Below are positions 31,584 to 32,000 of a stretch of DNA of 32,000 nucleotides, in pieces. Each line of letters starts with the position of its first letter. Within the stretch, counting starts at the first letter, position 1. Made by a program: the position numbers and the translations under genes. The stretch comes from Alkanindiges sp. WGS2144. GTDB lineage: Bacteria > Pseudomonadota > Gammaproteobacteria > Pseudomonadales > Moraxellaceae. The notes under the pieces are model-generated. The model saw only the letters and a list, made by a program, of their open reading frames with translations, was not told the origin of the DNA and made no database searches. The stretch lies in NCBI RefSeq assembly GCF_043950625.1, contig NZ_CP171007.1. The stretch is one strand, 5' to 3'.

Positions 31584-32000
31584 TTAATTTTGTTCTGGTG
31601 GCTGCCAGTCAATCACCCAGGCATGCTTGGCATTTAAGCTGTCATCCCTGGCGACCTGACTACGTAGTGCATCCGCAGCGGCGCGGCCTTTTTCCGGCCC
31701 TACCATTACCCGTACGCCTTTGGAAGTCTGGCTGGTTTTAGCCTGATAGCCTTTGGCACGTAGCTTGGCAACCATGGCATCAGCGTTGGCCTGATTCGCT
31801 GCAATGGCAATCTGTACCATCCAGGGTTTGGTATCACCTTCCAGAATCGCCCGGCCGCGCTCTTCTTCCAGTTTCTTCCTGGCAGCCTGTAGCTCCTGCT
31901 CTACTGTTTTGGACTGGGCAAGCTGCTTTTTCTTTTCGTCGTCTGCCTTGCGTTGGGCAAGCAATGCTTCTTCTTTCTTCAGTTTAGCTTCTGCCTCTGC
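31584..32000 (-). CDS. SPOR domain-containing protein (N-terminus beyond the right edge)
   Basis: The C-terminus WMVQIAIAANQANADAMVAKLRAKGYQAKTSQTSKGVRVMVGPEKGRAAADALRSQV is a SPOR (peptidoglycan-binding) fold pattern, preceded by a charged coiled-coil/linker. The frame stays open through 32000; the track start at 31964 is an internal TTG. Confidence 0.7.
   Translation of the reverse strand, partial: AEAEAKLKKEEALLAQRKADDEKKKQLAQSKTVEQELQAARKKLEEERGRAILEGDTKPWMVQIAIAANQANADAMVAKLRAKGYQAKTSQTSKGVRVMVGPEKGRAAADALRSQVARDDSLNAKHAWVIDWQPPEQN

Overview
This window is chromosomal and mostly housekeeping sequence from a gammaproteobacterium. The RecA, LeuS and IlvI N-termini and the leuS-lptE-holA and ilvIH-ilvC synteny look Moraxellaceae/Acinetobacter-like; that is inference from memory, not a search.

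Gene order, left to right:
- cysQ (partial, minus strand), yrfG-like HAD nucleotidase, hslR, recA-recX.
- A DUF3060-like secreted protein, SRP (4.5S) RNA, an extremely Q/N-rich orphan ORF, an MBL-fold hydrolase and cpoB/ybgF.
- A 77-aa orphan, then the ilvI-ilvH-ilvC operon (minus strand).
- Two tandem DUF4124 secreted paralogs, then leuS-lptE-holA.
- An accessory-looking ~6 kb segment: Baeyer-Villiger monooxygenase, OYE flavin oxidoreductase, pirin, small GNAT, a frameshifted hemerythrin-like gene and a 5'-truncated FAH-family fragment.
- A tRNA Pro-Arg-His operon, nadA, a Prx5-type peroxiredoxin, argJ, a membrane-anchored MliC-like protein, secA, a 1-Cys peroxiredoxin and a partial SPOR-domain gene.

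I found no IS elements, integrases, CRISPR arrays, toxin-antitoxin pairs or recognisable defence modules. I do not see a convincing novel multi-gene system.

The most unusual single element is a free-standing 140-aa ORF made of roughly half Gln+Asn, with its own SD and terminator. Secondary points are the regulator-less redox cluster with adjacent gene decay next to the tRNA operon, the DUF4124 tandem pair, and a few unexplained palindromes and long leaders. All coordinates and motifs were read by eye, and start codons were refined by homology from memory and by SD placement.
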